Assembly: GCA_964016885.1 (NCBI GenBank)
Contig: OZ024740.1
Span: 22,010,001 to 22,074,000, forward strand
Direction of reading: 5' to 3'
Source: Eledone cirrhosa
Taxonomy: Eukaryota
DNA: 64,000 nt
Shown: positions 61,213-64,000 of the stretch, one piece after another
Numbering within the stretch: the stretch's first letter is position 1
Layout: every line of letters starts with the position of its first letter
The notes under the pieces: model-generated
Told to the model about the DNA's origin: nothing
Seen by the model: the letters and a program-made list of their open reading frames with translations, nothing else
Databases searched by the model: none
Program-made: the position numbers and the translations under genes

Positions 61213-62319
61213 CAGAGGTTCTCAAACTTTTTGCCCCACCCCCACGGCCACTTAATACTCTCAACAGCCCCGCCCCTATTTCCAAAGAGACCTGCTTATA
61301 CACAAATTGTAAATGATAAATAATAAAATCGTTAATTTATATATAATAAATAATATAATTGTTTCTACTTTTGGCTCAAGGCCAGCAATTATCCAGTGTA
61401 TTAGTGGTACTTTATTTTATCGACCATAAAGGGCCGTAACTCTTTTCTGCAAAGCATGGAGTCCGACCCTCTACTGATACTGCCTATCCACCGCCCTATT
61501 AATCTATATATAAAACTGAGGATGTCTGTCTGTGTGTTTGTGAGTTTGAATCCCTAAAACTAGAGAAGCACTCAACCGACTGTTTTCAAACTTTACACAT
61601 GTAATACTGATGTTTCAGGAAGTGTTCTGAGCAAAAACAATTTCAAATTTTCAATGCCTTAGGGACCGCATTAGGCGATTTAGCGATCTCTCTCTATAAT
61701 TCTTAGTCTTTCTCTTTTTAAATAGATACATACATATAACGCGCGCCTTTATAATATCTGTCTGTATGACTGACTGTCTGCATTACGTCACTTCCTACAA
61801 TTCGCTCTGCGTCCAGAACGCGCCCTAATATCTGTCTGTATGTCTGGCCGTCTGCTGCCGCCGGTTATTCTGCCACCCTTGCTCAAGACAAATCTCACAC
61901 CCATTCCCCAAACAGTTGGTAAGTGCACACAACTTCTTCCTCACGTTTTAAGCCACAGTGTTGCTTACTTACGTACCACCAGACCCTTACTTCTCTTCCA
62001 GCTGTGGTTGTGGCAATACTAAGCTTAGCTAAGGCGGTTATATATTTCACAATACCTTATCCCGTGCAACGCCGGTTATGTGTATTTATACATAGTATAT
62101 ATTATATTATTTACTAGTAGTGACTAGTAAATAATATAATATATACTATGTATAAATACACATATATATTTTATTTTACTATATTTATATATAACATGTA
62201 TCATATCATTTGATATTTAATATACTATTATATCGTCTCTACCACCCCCTTAGGCCGCAGCGCCCGCTGGACCTTTACAACACCCCCTGAGGAGGTAGCG
62301 CTCACTTAGAGAACCTCCG
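61213..62319. mobile_element. hAT-type MITE containing a nested SINE (61357-61497) and a Helitron-like insert (~61503-62117)
   Basis: TIRs CAGAGGTTCTC / GAGAACCTCCG; 8-bp TSD atttacat/attaacat. Insert starts A|TCTATATATAAAA and has cccgtgcaacgccgg before CTAG. Confidence 0.65.
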
Positions 62320-62329
62320 ATTAACATGA

Positions 62330-63456
62330 ACAAGATTGACACACTAGCCGCGTTGGAAGTGGTATTATGAATAGCGGGTGTAAAATCAGTCGACTGGAAT
62401 TTGCAGACGATATGGTGTTACCTAACTCAACAGAAGGTGATCTTCGACTTGCACTTCGACTTTTACTTCATAGGTTTGAGTGCTGCGTGGCTGGAATGTG
62501 TTCCACTGAATCAGGCAGAGAAGTTCAAGTATCTTTGAGCCGAGTTCACGAGTGATGGAAGGCATGAGGCTGAATTAAGTGTAAGCATTGCAGGAGCTGG
62601 TGCAGTAAAGCGACAGTTTCAGCATTCAGTAATCAGAGGTTGGCGTAAAAGCCAAACGCCCTATGGACAATGTGTGTGTGGACGTATGGGAGAATAAAGG
62701 GCTGGGAGCTCAATTAAGTAAAATATTGAGCCCTAATTATAACAATCTTAACGAACACAACTACAAAGATATGGTCCGGACGTGGAAGAGCAGAACTCCC
62801 ACTGTCATCGCCTCCATCTCTCTTGCCCTACCCATCTCTCTGTATAGTGAGCAAATGGGGTCCCATGTGCTGGCCTCCCCACAGCCCCGGCGGACAGAAT
62901 GGAGAAGGCGTTTCCCCGGAAGATGGTAAGGGAGATGCGCTGGAAGAGCCATTCCAACTCGCGAGGCTCACACCTGAGGCTGGCCAACTCCCTATTTTCA
63001 ATTCGGTATTCGCGCCAACCCTTATCTATGGTCAATCTTGGGTAATGACCGAAAGAATACGATCGCGAATATAAGCAACCGAAATGGGATTCCTCCGAAG
63101 AGTCTTTGGAGTAACGTTACTCGATAAAATACGTAGGTCAGAGATCAGAGAGTCACTCCATGTAGAGCTGCTACTTCTCCAAATTGAGAGATCACAGCTC
63201 TGGTACTATGGATATGTGGTTAGAATGTCACAGGAAAGAATCCCTGGACAGATTTTACGGCCAAAACCAACTGGCAGGAGACCCAGGGGTAGACCCCGAG
63301 CAAGATGGTTTGTTAACATCCATGGACTTGGCTGATCACGCTTGGGGATCCAGTCGGATCAATTGGAGACGTTGCTTCTGACAGGACCTGCTGGAAGGGG
63401 TGTTTGAGGACTCTGCCCTTGCTACCCTCTCAGGAATAAGTGGGTGAAGAAGAAGA
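62330..63456 (+). mobile_element. Degraded RTE 3' portion (RT FADD to C-terminus) with ~320-bp insertion
   Basis: ISRLEFADDMVL, PTLIYGQSWVMT, GRRPRGRPRARW, (GAA)n tail. Confidence 0.8.
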
Positions 63457-63468
63457 TATATATGTGTG

Positions 63469-63540
<72 letters not shown>

Positions 63541-64000
63541 CGGGTGAGTGAGTATATATATGTGTGTATATATTTTGCTTATCTCGGCTGCTGTCTGATG
63601 TATATGTGTATATATAAAAAAGTGTATATATACAGAAGTGTATATCACAGAAGTGTATATATAAAGAAGTGTATATATATACAGAAGTGTATATCACAGA
63701 AGTGTATATATACAGAAGTGTATATATACAGAAGTGTATATATACAAAAGTGTATATATACTGAAGGCGAGAGAAGGGACTTACAGTATGTAAGACTTGT
63801 GAGACACAGAGTGAAGATAGAAACGAGGAAGTAGCAGAGCAAACAGAAATATAGGGAGGAAGAGGAGGAGGAAGGGGAGTGATAGAGCGGTAATGAGATT
63901 AAAACAACTCGTAAGACGAGTGGAAGAAAGAGTAAACGATAAAGAGAGAGAGGTTCTCTAATGAAGGTAGCTAGAATAAGAGAGAGAGAGTGAGAGAGAG

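Overview
Repeat-saturated, AT-rich eukaryotic DNA with no confidently identifiable host protein-coding gene. The repeat landscape looks cephalopod/Octopus-like, which is an inference. Large elements: a CR1-like LINE ORF2, a near-complete Penelope-like element (PLE; RT + GIY-YIG) with an inverted terminal repeat, two almost identical intact Tx1/L1-clade LINEs head-to-tail in (AAT)n, a decayed RTE LINE, and two further PLE remnants. Smaller items include many tRNA-type SINEs, MITEs, Helitron-like elements and micro/minisatellites. The main hidden signal is about 20 complete or near-complete type I hammerhead ribozyme (HHR) motifs, plus several half-motifs, between about 14.4 and 60.7 kb. They belong to several sequence families and sit in short non-coding cassettes inserted in (TA)n, often as fold-back or tandem copies. 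They include a 591-bp tandem retrozyme-like unit with a U3-A8 core variant and an HHR with a large branched stem II insertion. The PLE also shows an in-phase U-UUU-UUA slippery site that would join its upstream ORF to the RT-endonuclease ORF by a -1 frameshift. All structures were read by eye; none were computed or tested.
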